From Candidatus Nanoarchaeia archaeon (GTDB lineage: Archaea; Nanobdellota; Nanobdellia; Woesearchaeales; GW2011-AR9), in contig DATDTM010000012.1 in assembly GCA_035290865.1 (NCBI GenBank), forward strand, positions 11,134 through 75,133: a stretch of 64,000 nt of DNA, written 5' to 3'. Positions 19,693 to 29,555 of the stretch are shown piece by piece. The notes beneath the pieces were generated by a model, which was not told the DNA's origin, ran no database searches, and saw nothing but the letters and a program-made list of their open reading frames with translations. The position numbers and the translations under genes are program-made. Position 1 is the stretch's first letter, and each line of letters begins with the position of its first letter.

Positions 19693-21069
19693 TCACTTCA
19701 GAATTCCATACCCAATCAGCCTAAACCGATCTCCTACTTTTCTAGAGATGGTAATCCGATCTCCCGGAAAAGCCGCGATAGGTTTTTTTAAAACACAAGT
19801 AGTATTTTTCTTGGAAGGGTCCATTACTACTCCTACCGTAGCTGCAGAATTAACGTTCAACATTAAGACTTCACCTTTCGCCAGGGGTTTAACTTCCACC
19901 TCTTCTTTAGTGCCCACTACCCGTTCCAAAAGATTGGTTACTAAAGAGATTTGGTAATGTACCGGAGGCAGTTTTCCCGGATGACCGACAATTGAACCGG
20001 TAAGTGTATCAGATTTAACGATAGAAGGATCTAAAGTAGTAGAGATGGCCATGCTTCCACCAGGAATAATTTCTTCTACCGGAACTCCACCCGAAAAGAT
20101 CTGGATAACTTTTGTCTGTAAAGGTTTCCATATTTTCTTGTTTTTCTCTTCAGTCATAAAACCTGGAACAATTTCAAGCTCGTCTCCAACTTTAAATTTG
20201 CCTTGTTTAACCGTTCCGCCTAAAACCCCGCCTTTTAATTGTGCTGGTTTAATCCCCGGCTTATTAATATCAAAAGATCTGGCCACTAGCATTAATGGTT
20301 GAGCATTAAGATTCCTTTCTGGAGTGGGAACCTGCTCAGAAATGGTTTTGATCAAAACATCAATATTCGCATTTGCTCTGGCTGAGATTGGAATAATTGG
20401 CGCATCTTTGAAATCTGTATCAGATAAAAACTCTTTAATCTGTTTGTAATTTTCTAAAGCCTCTTCATGAGAAACCAGATCGATTTTGTTCTGAACAATA
20501 ATCACTTTTTTAATTCCACTGATCTGCAAGGCGATCAAATGCTCTTTAGTCTGGGGTTGAGGACATTTCTCGTTGGCAGCTATTAATAATAAAGCCCCAT
20601 CAACAATCGCTGCTCCGCTTAACATGGTGGCCATCAGAGATTCATGTCCCGGAGCATCCACTAAAGATATTTTCTTCAAAGGAATAGTCTTTTCATTGCA
20701 TTTCAGACATTTTTCTTTGGTGGTGTAAAAACCGCATTTTGGGCATTTATAAAAAACTACATCGGCATAACCTAGACGGATGGTAATCCCTCTTTTCAGC
20801 TCTTCAGAATGGGTATCGGTCCATTTTCCGGAGAGTCTTTCCGTCAGGGTAGTTTTACCATGATCAACATGACCAACTAAAGCCAGATTTAATTCTGGCT
20901 GGATAGCTAATTTCTTAACCTTTTCAATAATTTCTATCTTATTTTTTTCAGTTGCTTCAATTTTTGCTCTTTCCAGAAGCTTTTCAGATGGAACGGTCTT
21001 CTCTGCAGCTAATTCCGGTAATTCTTTTGATACTTTAGGTTCAGTTTCCGCAGCTTTTTTCTTAGCCAT
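19693..21069 (-). CDS. eif2g: translation initiation factor 2 gamma subunit (aIF2-gamma)
   Basis: GHVDHGKTT, RGITIRLGYA, Zn-ribbon Cys pairs, DAPGHE, NKID; ~50-aa K/E-rich N-terminal extension. Confidence 0.96.
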   Translation of the reverse strand: MAKKKAAETEPKVSKELPELAAEKTVPSEKLLERAKIEATEKNKIEIIEKVKKLAIQPELNLALVGHVDHGKTTLTERLSGKWTDTHSEELKRGITIRLGYADVVFYKCPKCGFYTTKEKCLKCNEKTIPLKKISLVDAPGHESLMATMLSGAAIVDGALLLIAANEKCPQPQTKEHLIALQISGIKKVIIVQNKIDLVSHEEALENYKQIKEFLSDTDFKDAPIIPISARANANIDVLIKTISEQVPTPERNLNAQPLMLVARSFDINKPGIKPAQLKGGVLGGTVKQGKFKVGDELEIVPGFMTEEKNKKIWKPLQTKVIQIFSGGVPVEEIIPGGSMAISTTLDPSIVKSDTLTGSIVGHPGKLPPVHYQISLVTNLLERVVGTKEEVEVKPLAKGEVLMLNVNSAATVGVVMDPSKKNTTCVLKKPIAAFPGDRITISRKVGDRFRLIGYGILK

Positions 21070-21134
21070 TATAATTTACTAAAAAAGAAGTGTATTTATA
21101 AAGGTTTAGGGTTTCTTAATCGACTGATGTTTAG

Positions 21135-22091
21135 ATGAGCCAAAAGAAACTCAGACCGAAATTTCCAAGCCTAGAATCAGATATCATCCTGGCTCCCATG
21201 GCTAAGATTACTGACCCTGCCTTTCGTAGCTTATGTAAAGAATACGGTTGCGGTTTGACTGTAACTGAAATGATTTCTGCTAATGATTTAGCTAGGAAAG
21301 ATAAACTGGCAATGAAAGAATTAGAACAACTGAAATCTGAATCCAAACCCAGATGCGTTCAATTGTATGGCCGGAATATAGACAATTTCATTACCGCTAC
21401 AAAAATGGTGCAAGGTTATGCAGAAGTTCTTGACTTAAATTTTGGCTGCCCTTATTATAAAATCATTGCCCAAGGTTTGGGCTGTGCCTTGATGGAACTT
21501 CCCGGAAAGATTAGGCAGATTGTTCAAAATGTAGTCGCAAATTCAAAAATACCCGTAACCTGCAAGATTCGCTTGGGGATGGATGCTAAAAATATTACCG
21601 TTTTAGAAGTAGCTAAGAAAGGTGAAGAATCTGGTGCAGTTATGATTACAGTCCATGCCCGCACCCAGAAACAAGAATATTCCGGAAAAGCAGATTGGAG
21701 TTGGATCAAGAAGGTTAAAGACACAGTCCAAATTCCAGTCTGCGGTAATGGAGATGTAAGAACTGTCGAAGATTATGTCAGATTGAAAAAAGAAACCGGC
21801 TGCGATTATGTCATGATTGGTCGAGGAGCGATCGGCAATCCATTTATTTTCAAACAGATAAATGAGTTCAATAAAACGGGAAAATATAAGATTCCTACCT
21901 CTGAAGAAAGAATCAAAGCTTTAAGAGAATATCTGGTTCTGGCAGAGAAGTTCGAAATAGAATTTGAACAGGTCAAGAAACAGGCGATGTATTTCTTAGA
22001 ACGAACTCTGCCGGATAAGCTGTTTAAAGCAGAGTTGGAAAAAGTTAAGAATAAGAAAGAGATGGGAATTCTACTAAACTCTTTTCTCTAA
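21135..22091 (+). CDS. tRNA-dihydrouridine synthase (DusB-like), paralog 1
   Basis: LAPMA, TEMIS, DLNFGCP, HART, GNGDV, MIGRGA. Confidence 0.92.
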   Translation: MSQKKLRPKFPSLESDIILAPMAKITDPAFRSLCKEYGCGLTVTEMISANDLARKDKLAMKELEQLKSESKPRCVQLYGRNIDNFITATKMVQGYAEVLDLNFGCPYYKIIAQGLGCALMELPGKIRQIVQNVVANSKIPVTCKIRLGMDAKNITVLEVAKKGEESGAVMITVHARTQKQEYSGKADWSWIKKVKDTVQIPVCGNGDVRTVEDYVRLKKETGCDYVMIGRGAIGNPFIFKQINEFNKTGKYKIPTSEERIKALREYLVLAEKFEIEFEQVKKQAMYFLERTLPDKLFKAELEKVKNKKEMGILLNSFL

Positions 22092-22796
22092 TGAATCTTT
22101 GTTGCTAACTGCATCTTCCGACGACTCTACCCCGAGGACGCGGCCGTAGTTGTAGAAGTAGTAGACGCCGCCAAGGCTATTGTTGACGTAGTTGCCGCCA
22201 AGAACCAGCCAGCGCCCCTTCGCAACATTGTCTAAATCATTAACAATTCTAAGATGTATTTTACTTCCGATTCTCTTGCCAAAAGCATCTAAATATGATT
22301 CAGCACGCTCTTTCCCACCCAAGAAGGGAATCATCATTGGGTGAGCTAATGCTGTACTAACTTCAATATCACCATATTGGGAATTCATCAATTCTTGGTG
22401 GTCTCTGACAAAAACTGTCTTTTCGTCTTCCAAACCAAGCAATTTTAGGAATTCATCCTGAGGCATGAGCCCTGCACCATTACTCAATCCATTCTGATAA
22501 ACTTTTTTGAGATTTTCTAAGTTTGAAAAGTAATTCGAGCCATGATCATAAACAACCACGGCTTTACCGGCTCTGTTTCTGCCGGTAACTATAATACTCG
22601 GTTGAGTGAAATCATTCTGCCACAGATAATCATTGCAATTAGGAGTAATCTTGGCATCAACCAGTTCTGGTATGAACCAAGGCTGAGCTTTTGCATCAAC
22701 ACATTCAGTATAAGCTTTAAGAATGCCGTCTATTTCAAGTCTTTCAAAGACTTGAACATCTTGATTTCTGACAATCGGGGTGGTTATGGTTTGCAT
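22074..22796 (-). CDS. DGR target-like protein (putative CLec fold), paralog 1
   Basis: C-terminal GRWLVLGGNYVNNSLGGVYYFYNYGRVLGV encoded by a GC-rich NNC-codon tract. Confidence 0.8.
   Translation of the reverse strand: MQTITTPIVRNQDVQVFERLEIDGILKAYTECVDAKAQPWFIPELVDAKITPNCNDYLWQNDFTQPSIIVTGRNRAGKAVVVYDHGSNYFSNLENLKKVYQNGLSNGAGLMPQDEFLKLLGLEDEKTVFVRDHQELMNSQYGDIEVSTALAHPMMIPFLGGKERAESYLDAFGKRIGSKIHLRIVNDLDNVAKGRWLVLGGNYVNNSLGGVYYFYNYGRVLGVESSEDAVSNKDSLEKRV
22121..22218 (-). repeat. DGR variable region VR1
   Basis: nearly all codons end in C; differs from VR2 mainly at codon positions 1-2. Confidence 0.78.
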
Positions 22797-22968
22797 TTTA
22801 GTTTTACCTTTTTGGTTTTTATGATTTTTTTTATTATCTTTAAACAGGTTTAATGGAGGTTAAAAATTGGGCCTGTTTATAAACGTTTTGATGTTTGTTA
22901 CTATGAAATGGTCTCTTTTTGAGTAGTTTCGGGGAAAATTTTAAATATCCCCCCGATTACACCAGACC

Positions 22969-23262
22969 ATGGTCAACCAAACTATTAACTCTCTCAAAAA
23001 AATAATTGTACCCATCCTTAAGAAGAATGATGTAGTTAAAGCAGGAATTTTTGGTTCTTACGCCAGAGGAGAACAGAAGAAAAGCAGTGATATAGACCTG
23101 TTGATAAAATATGGCCGGAAGAAAAAGAGTTTGTTAGACCTGGTTCATTTAAAATATGCTTTAGAAGATAAATTGAACCAAAAAGTGGATATTTTAACCT
23201 ATAAATCAATAAATAATCTGTTTAAGAAAGAGATTCTGGACTCAGAGGTTAAAATATTATGA
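22969..23262 (+). CDS. minimal nucleotidyltransferase (MNT) antitoxin
   Basis: IFGSYARGE...SDIDL. Confidence 0.93.
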   Translation: MVNQTINSLKKIIVPILKKNDVVKAGIFGSYARGEQKKSSDIDLLIKYGRKKKSLLDLVHLKYALEDKLNQKVDILTYKSINNLFKKEILDSEVKIL

Positions 23263-23591
23263 AAAGCGATTTAAAATACCTTCAGCACATTCTGGGATCG
23301 ATTGACCTTATCGATAATTTTGTTTTGGGGCTGGATAAGAACAAATTTTCCAAGAATATAGAAAAACAGTTTGCAGTTATACGGGGATTAGAGATAATTG
23401 GTGAAGCGGTAAAGAATTTGTCCGAAGAAACAAAAATAAATCATCCAGAAATAGTCTGGCGAGAGATTGCCGGAACACGAGACATTTTAATTCATTCTTA
23501 CTTTAGTGTGGATTTGGACTTAGTATGGGATATTATCCAGAGTGATTTGCCCAAATTAAAAACACAGATCAAAATAATCTTAAAAAAATAA
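23259..23591 (+). CDS. HEPN (DUF86/HepT) ribonuclease toxin
   Basis: LEIIGEA; RDILIHSY (RX4HXY); overlaps MNT stop codon. Confidence 0.93.
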   Translation: MKSDLKYLQHILGSIDLIDNFVLGLDKNKFSKNIEKQFAVIRGLEIIGEAVKNLSEETKINHPEIVWREIAGTRDILIHSYFSVDLDLVWDIIQSDLPKLKTQIKIILKK

Positions 23592-23599
23592 GAAATAAA

Positions 23600-24508
23600 T
23601 TAATTCTTCTTAGTCAATAACTGGTAGGCTTCCGGCGAGATCTGATCCTGCCTGATAACAACTAGACCATTGCCAACATCGTTGCCTTTGCCCAGAAGAG
23701 ATTCTAAAGATGAAACGGGATTTTTCAGCGCGTCCTCCTTCGGAGGAACGATAACCGGGCTCGTCGAGTCACTTCGTTCGTGACTTTGCTGCGACAAAGC
23801 TTCGTTCGCCACCGACGACGACTCTACCCCGAGGACACGGCCGTCGTTGCTGAAGCTGTAGCTGCCGCCAAGGTCGCCGCCAAGGTTGTAGTAGATGTAG
23901 TCGCCAAGGACCAGCCAGCGCCCCCTGGGAACTTCGCTTAAATCATTAGTAATTCCTAAATACATTTTACTTCCGATTTTTTTACCGAAAACATCTAAAT
24001 ATTGTTCAGCACGATCTTTCCCACCCAAAAAAGGAATTATCATAGGATGGGCCAAAGCTTTGCTGACTTTAATATCGCCACGAGCAGAATTCATCAATTC
24101 TTGGTGGTCTCTGACAAAAATCGTCTTTTCATCATTCAAACCAAGCAATTTCAAAAATTCTTCCTGAAGCATGAGCCCTGCACCATTACTCAATCCATTC
24201 TGGTAAACTTTTTTGAGATTTTCTAAGTCTGAAAAGTAATTCGAGCCATGGCTATAAACGACCACGGCTTTTCCGGCTCTGTTTCTGCCGGTAACTATGA
24301 TACTCGGTTGAGTGAAACCATTCTGCCACAAATAATCATTGCAATTAGGAGTAATCTTGGCATCAACCAGTTCTGGTATGAACCATGGCTGGCATTTTGC
24401 ATCAACACATTCAGTATAAGCTTTAAGAATACCGTCTGTTTCAAGTCTTTCAAAGACCTGAAGGTCTTGGTTTCTGACGCTGACAATCGGGGTGGTTATG
24501 GTTTGCAT
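23600..24508 (-). CDS. DGR target-like protein (putative CLec fold), paralog 2
   Basis: highly similar to 22074-22796; VR GRWLVLGDYIYYNLGGDLGGSYSFSNDGRVLGV followed by a ~70-aa tail; SD AGGTGA favours ATG 24508. Confidence 0.8.
   Translation of the reverse strand: MQTITTPIVSVRNQDLQVFERLETDGILKAYTECVDAKCQPWFIPELVDAKITPNCNDYLWQNGFTQPSIIVTGRNRAGKAVVVYSHGSNYFSDLENLKKVYQNGLSNGAGLMLQEEFLKLLGLNDEKTIFVRDHQELMNSARGDIKVSKALAHPMIIPFLGGKDRAEQYLDVFGKKIGSKMYLGITNDLSEVPRGRWLVLGDYIYYNLGGDLGGSYSFSNDGRVLGVESSSVANEALSQQSHERSDSTSPVIVPPKEDALKNPVSSLESLLGKGNDVGNGLVVIRQDQISPEAYQLLTKKN
23821..23925 (-). repeat. DGR variable region VR2
   Basis: NNC codon tract ending GTCCTCGGGGTAGAGTCGTCG, the same 3' end as VR1 (candidate IMH). 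Confidence 0.78.
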
Positions 24509-24716
24509 TTTTGGGTTCACCTTTTTGAGTTTTGTAAATTAATTTTTAAATTTGTTTAATAAAAGATTAAAAAGAGGGTGGATTTATAAATGTTTTGGTT
24601 GTTTTACTACCCGATAGTAAATATCAATTCAGGGAGCAGATAACAACCTAAAAAGAGGTATCCGGTTACCTAATTGTCGGTAAAGCTTAAATATCAGTTC
24701 TGTTTCAAACAAGATA

Positions 24717-25331
24717 ATGATTACCAAAGAACAAATCAAAATTTTAGGTGTCTTCAACAAAGACCTCTTCACTAGTTTTACTTTCCGCCAGATTAAGGAG
24801 CAAAGCCAGCAGAAATCAAATAATGTCGTCCAGATAGCCCTAAAAGAATTCCAGAAACAAGATTTAGTAACTATAAAGAAAATTGGGAATGTTAAAACAT
24901 ACAACTTAAATTTAGACAACAATCTCACTTTATCTTATCTTAATCTGATCAATGAATTAGAAATCCGCCGTAAAATATTTCCCAAAGAGATCTTAGCCGA
25001 GATTAAAAAAAAGATCGAGAAGAAAAGCGAGTTCTTTATTTTAATTGTTTTTGGAAGCTATGCTAAAAATAAAGCTACAGAAAAATCTGATTTAGATCTA
25101 GCAGTTATTATCGAATCCGAACCAACAAAAAAAGAAATAGCCCCTTTATTAGAAACAATAAAAAGAAGAGAACTCAAACCCATAGATTATCATCTCTTCA
25201 CCAGAAGTGAGTTTTTAGAAATGCTTAAAGCAGATTATGAAAATATGGGCAAACAAATTTATAAAAACCATCTTATTTATTATGGTTATATCGAATTTTG
25301 CAATCTAATCCGGGGTATAAAAAATGGATGA
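24717..25331 (+). CDS. wHTH-MNT nucleotidyltransferase domain protein
   Basis: N-terminal wHTH; VFGSYAK...SDLDL. Confidence 0.88.
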   Translation: MITKEQIKILGVFNKDLFTSFTFRQIKEQSQQKSNNVVQIALKEFQKQDLVTIKKIGNVKTYNLNLDNNLTLSYLNLINELEIRRKIFPKEILAEIKKKIEKKSEFFILIVFGSYAKNKATEKSDLDLAVIIESEPTKKEIAPLLETIKRRELKPIDYHLFTRSEFLEMLKADYENMGKQIYKNHLIYYGYIEFCNLIRGIKNG

Positions 25332-25809
25332 TAAATCCGAATTATATCTGCAGAGAGCAGAAAATGAACTGGTTGTTGCCCAGATGCTATTTCAAATCTC
25401 AAGTAATACTTTTCTCCAAAAAGAGCAATTTAAACTTGAAAAAGAATTTACTTTCTACAGCACCGTCATTGGTCATTCCTATTATTGTATCTTTTATTCT
25501 GCAAAAGCGATCTTAATCCAAAATGGGATTAAAACAGAAGCTCCTGAAGAACACAGAAAAACTTTAGAAGCCTTTGAGGACTTCTTAGTCAAATCTGGAA
25601 GACTAGATGTAGAATTATTGAAGATCTACAAAAAGATGGTAATTAGAGCAGAAGAACTATTAGAAATATTTTCTAGAGAAAAAGGAAAAAGAGGAGAATT
25701 CACTTACCGAAAACTACCACAGGCAAATTTAGACCCGGCCCAAGAATCTTTAGATAATGGGTTATTATTTTTTAAGAACATTAATGCAGTTTTAAGAAAG
25801 ATTAACTGA
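25324..25809 (+). CDS. HEPN domain protein
   Basis: YLQRAENEL, HSYYCIFYSAKA; coupled to upstream MNT. Confidence 0.85.
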   Translation: MDDKSELYLQRAENELVVAQMLFQISSNTFLQKEQFKLEKEFTFYSTVIGHSYYCIFYSAKAILIQNGIKTEAPEEHRKTLEAFEDFLVKSGRLDVELLKIYKKMVIRAEELLEIFSREKGKRGEFTYRKLPQANLDPAQESLDNGLLFFKNINAVLRKIN

Positions 25810-25816
25810 TTACAAA

Positions 25817-26761
25817 ATGCCTCAACTTCCAAAACTTTCATCCGATACCATCCTCGCCCCCATGGCCGGCGTAACCGATGTAGCTTTTCGTGTGCTCTGC
25901 AGAAGGTCTGGCGCAGGATTAACTTGTACTGAAATGATTTCCGCTAATGCCCTCGCTAGAAGTAACCAAGCCACTTTAAAACTGATTAATCTGGCAGAGG
26001 AAGAGAAACCGCGAGTAATCCAGCTCTTCGGCCAGAATACTGATTGCCTGATTAAATCCGCACAATTCATAGAACAGAATAATCTTTGCGAAATCATCGA
26101 CCTAAACTTCGGCTGTCCGGCAGAAAAAATCATCCGTCAAGGTGCAGGCAGTGCTTTGTTGGAACGACCAAACAAGATTAAAGAGATTATAGAGGCAGTT
26201 ACTAAAGCGGTAAAGATTCCCGTAACTTGTAAATTAAGATTAGGGATCAGAACCAGTAACATTAATATCTTAAAAGTAGCTAAGATCTGTGAAGAAGCAG
26301 GCGCAAGTATGCTCACCATCCATGCCCGGACTCAGAACCAAGGTTATACCGGAACCGCGGATTGGTCTTGGATCAAGAAAGTTAAAGAAGCTGCTAAGAT
26401 TCCTGTTTGCGGTAATGGTGATGTCAGAACAGTTGAAGATTATGTGCGTATGAAAAAAGAAACCGGCTGTGATTATGTCATGATTGGGAGAGGCGCGATA
26501 GGCAATCCTTATTTGTTCAAACAAATCAGCGATTATAATAAAACCGGAAAATATTCTGAGAGAACTAAATCCCAGCAGATGGAAGATTTCTTTGCCTATC
26601 TTAAATTAGCCAAAAGATATAAAGTAGATTTCCAATATATCAGATTTCAGGCTATGGCCTTTACTAAAGGGCTGCCTGACTCTGCCCAGCTAAGATTGAA
26701 GTTGAGCAAGGTAAAGAATATAAAAGAGATTGAAAGAGTGATTGTACAGAAAGATTTATAA
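25817..26761 (+). CDS. dusB: tRNA-dihydrouridine synthase (DusB-like), paralog 2
   Basis: LAPMAGVTD, DLNFGCP, HART, GNGDV, MIGRGAIGNP. Confidence 0.92.
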   Translation: MPQLPKLSSDTILAPMAGVTDVAFRVLCRRSGAGLTCTEMISANALARSNQATLKLINLAEEEKPRVIQLFGQNTDCLIKSAQFIEQNNLCEIIDLNFGCPAEKIIRQGAGSALLERPNKIKEIIEAVTKAVKIPVTCKLRLGIRTSNINILKVAKICEEAGASMLTIHARTQNQGYTGTADWSWIKKVKEAAKIPVCGNGDVRTVEDYVRMKKETGCDYVMIGRGAIGNPYLFKQISDYNKTGKYSERTKSQQMEDFFAYLKLAKRYKVDFQYIRFQAMAFTKGLPDSAQLRLKLSKVKNIKEIERVIVQKDL

Positions 26762-26784
26762 ATAGTTACTTTTAAGTAGTTACT

Positions 26785-27711
26785 ATGTCTCAATTACTGA
26801 TTATATGCGGACCATCCGGTGTTGGGAAGAACACTTTAACCGACGCAATTATAAGAGAATATCCCTATCTAAAATATTTTAGAAAAATAACTACCCGAGA
26901 CAAAAGACCAGATGATCGGGATACAGAAGCTAGATTTGTAACCGGAGGAGAATATGAGGGATTGAGATTACAACACAGAATTGCTCTTCCGTATGAAATT
27001 AGAAGCAATAATTATGGGCTTCCGGTAGATTCTTTTGCCGACCTGAAAAATGGGCCGCGAATTGTTTGTCTTGGAGACTTTCAATTAATACAATCCCTTC
27101 ATGATGCTTTTGATACAACTACTGTTTATGTAACTGCTCCAATTGATCTGATTATTAAAAGATTAGAAGCTAGAGAAGATACGCTTCCGCAAAGGCAAAA
27201 AAGTATTGAAGCCGTTCCAACACATCTAAAAGATTATGACAGATTTAAAAAGTTGTTTGATTATGAAATTACTAACGGGGTTGATCTTAAAGCAGCACAG
27301 GAAAAATTACTTGATATTGTTAGAGAAGAAATTTTGTCACATAGATTAATTTATAACTTTTTGATGCCTAGAAGCGAAAGTGATCAAAGGCAAGCACAAA
27401 AAGAATTAAATCAGGAAGGAAATGGTTATCAATCTTTACCAACTTTTGATAATATAAAACAAAGACTTGAAAAAGCCATGACCCCATTTTATGTTGGAAG
27501 AGGGATTCATCCATTACATTATTCATTCATGCATGGACCAATAATTCTCTCATTTTATGGTTCTAAAGATAGGGAAAGAAGTCAAGTTGCTTTCGGTTCT
27601 TTTGAATTACAAGGTCCAAAAAAGAAACTTGCTAAAACCGGAGATTTACTTAAAGAATTGTTTCCGGAATTAGAAGAATATGGGTCAAGACAAGTTAGGG
27701 TTTTAGATTAA
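26785..27711 (+). CDS. guanylate kinase-like protein with C-terminal extension
   Basis: GPSGVGKN, TTRDKR, NNYG motifs. Confidence 0.75.
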   Translation: MSQLLIICGPSGVGKNTLTDAIIREYPYLKYFRKITTRDKRPDDRDTEARFVTGGEYEGLRLQHRIALPYEIRSNNYGLPVDSFADLKNGPRIVCLGDFQLIQSLHDAFDTTTVYVTAPIDLIIKRLEAREDTLPQRQKSIEAVPTHLKDYDRFKKLFDYEITNGVDLKAAQEKLLDIVREEILSHRLIYNFLMPRSESDQRQAQKELNQEGNGYQSLPTFDNIKQRLEKAMTPFYVGRGIHPLHYSFMHGPIILSFYGSKDRERSQVAFGSFELQGPKKKLAKTGDLLKELFPELEEYGSRQVRVLD

Positions 27712-27819
27712 GAATACTTCTTTACCTCCTAGTCTGAACTATTAAACCTAGCCAGAAAAATATCCTCAATAAAAACCTTTAAAAACAAACTAATCTTAAT
27801 TCTATAAAAAGAGGTAAAT

Positions 27820-29481
27820 ATGACTTTATATGAGCTATTGAAGAACCATCAGAATCGCAAGCGTATCGAAGAGATAGTCCATGTCTTCTTTGAAGAAGAA
27901 TTCGGCTATCTAATCTCCAAGATAAAATTACATCATCATCTGCCTTTCCATAAAAGGATTCAGGCCCGTATCGCTAGAGAAAAAGCCATTGACCATCAAG
28001 TCCGGTTAAGAAAAGCCTTCGAAAGATTAGGGCCGACTTTCGTTAAGTTAGGCCAGCTCTTATCCTTGCGCCCGGACTTAGTTCCACCAGAATTTCTTAC
28101 TGAATTTGAAAAGATGCAAGATCGAGTTCCTTCCTTCCCTTTCTCGGTTGCTAAGACCATCATTGAAAGCGAACTGAAAAAACCATTAAATAAAATTTTC
28201 ACTTCTTTCGACCAGAAACCGATTGCTTCTGCCTCCATGGCTCAGGTGTATAAAGCCAAGATCGGAAAAGAGATTGTAGCAGTAAAAGTCCAGCGTCCGG
28301 GGATCGAACAGATCATCAAAGAAGATATCGAAATCATGTACAAGATTGTAGAATTATTGGAGCACCATCTTCCAGATTTCAAAGAATATGCTCTAAAGAA
28401 TACCGTCCATGAATTTGAGAAATGGACCATCAAAGAGCTAAATTTTGGGATAGAAGCGCATTACGCTCAGCAGATCGCCAATAATTTTAAGGGAAGCAAA
28501 ATCCTAAAGATACCTAAAGTGTATTCAGGATATACTACCTCTAAAGTTTTAACTACAGAATTCTTAGATGGGATTCCTTTACACAATATAGACGAGATCA
28601 GAAAAAAGAAAATCAATTTAACCAGAGTAATCCGTAACGGATATTATGTCATTCTCAAACAGGTTTTCGTAGACGGTTTTTTCCATGCCGATCCTCATCC
28701 CGGAAATATTTTAGTTCTTAAAGACGGAAGAATTGGATTGATTGACTTTGGGATTTTAGGCCATTTCGATAAAAAGCTGAGAAGGTACGCCTTAGATTTA
28801 TTTTACAGTTTTATAAATAATGAACCAGAAAAAGCTGTAGATATTATTTTACAAACTAATCCCCAGAGCGATATTGATAAAGAAGCTTTCCTTAAAGATG
28901 TTCGAGACATTTTCGAACAGCTGCATTATTCTTCCTCTAAAGATCTGTTAGTAGGAACTTTCATCAAAGAAACTTTGACTACTGCCTATAAGCATCACAT
29001 TGAAATTCCTACAGATTTCGTACTTTATGGGAGAACCGTGGCCATTGTAGAAGGATTAGCTTTACGCTACCAGCCTGACTTTCCTTTTTATAGAGTAACC
29101 CGAGAAATTTTAACCGAACTGGTCACTCCCCAATTCCTGGCCAGAGAAGCTTATGACCGCACTAAATCAAAATTATCCAAGTATCAAGAGGTAATCAGCA
29201 GCTTTCCGGAGACAGCTTTAGAGATCATGGAAAAAGCTAAGAAATTCAAGATGAATATAGATATAGAAGATGCTGATGTCAAAAACATTACTTCTGAGCT
29301 GGAACGTTCCTCAGGGAACCTTTCTTTAGGCTTTATCATTGCTGCTTTGATCGTCTCCTCTGGTCTGATGATGTTGGCTAAAACACCAGCTTCATTTTAT
29401 TGGACTGGTTTTTTCCTGGCCGGGGCTTTAGGCTTATGGCTGATTCATCGCACTATCTTTCTGAAAACAAAGAAAGAATAA
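27820..29481 (+). CDS. AarF/ABC1/UbiB family kinase
   Basis: LGPTFVKLGQ, ASASMAQV, AVKVQRP, FHADPHPGN, IDFG. Confidence 0.94.
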   Translation: MTLYELLKNHQNRKRIEEIVHVFFEEEFGYLISKIKLHHHLPFHKRIQARIAREKAIDHQVRLRKAFERLGPTFVKLGQLLSLRPDLVPPEFLTEFEKMQDRVPSFPFSVAKTIIESELKKPLNKIFTSFDQKPIASASMAQVYKAKIGKEIVAVKVQRPGIEQIIKEDIEIMYKIVELLEHHLPDFKEYALKNTVHEFEKWTIKELNFGIEAHYAQQIANNFKGSKILKIPKVYSGYTTSKVLTTEFLDGIPLHNIDEIRKKKINLTRVIRNGYYVILKQVFVDGFFHADPHPGNILVLKDGRIGLIDFGILGHFDKKLRRYALDLFYSFINNEPEKAVDIILQTNPQSDIDKEAFLKDVRDIFEQLHYSSSKDLLVGTFIKETLTTAYKHHIEIPTDFVLYGRTVAIVEGLALRYQPDFPFYRVTREILTELVTPQFLAREAYDRTKSKLSKYQEVISSFPETALEIMEKAKKFKMNIDIEDADVKNITSELERSSGNLSLGFIIAALIVSSGLMMLAKTPASFYWTGFFLAGALGLWLIHRTIFLKTKKE

Positions 29482-29555
29482 TAATAGTAATAATAACAAT
29501 AATAATTAATAAGTAAATGGATCAAAAAAATCCTGAAAAAAATGAGGTGTAAAAG

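Noticed and set aside
29480..29520. AAT/AAC-rich run as a possible DGR template repeat
   Set aside because: AT-only microsatellite lacking the GC scaffold of the VRs; no RT nearby.
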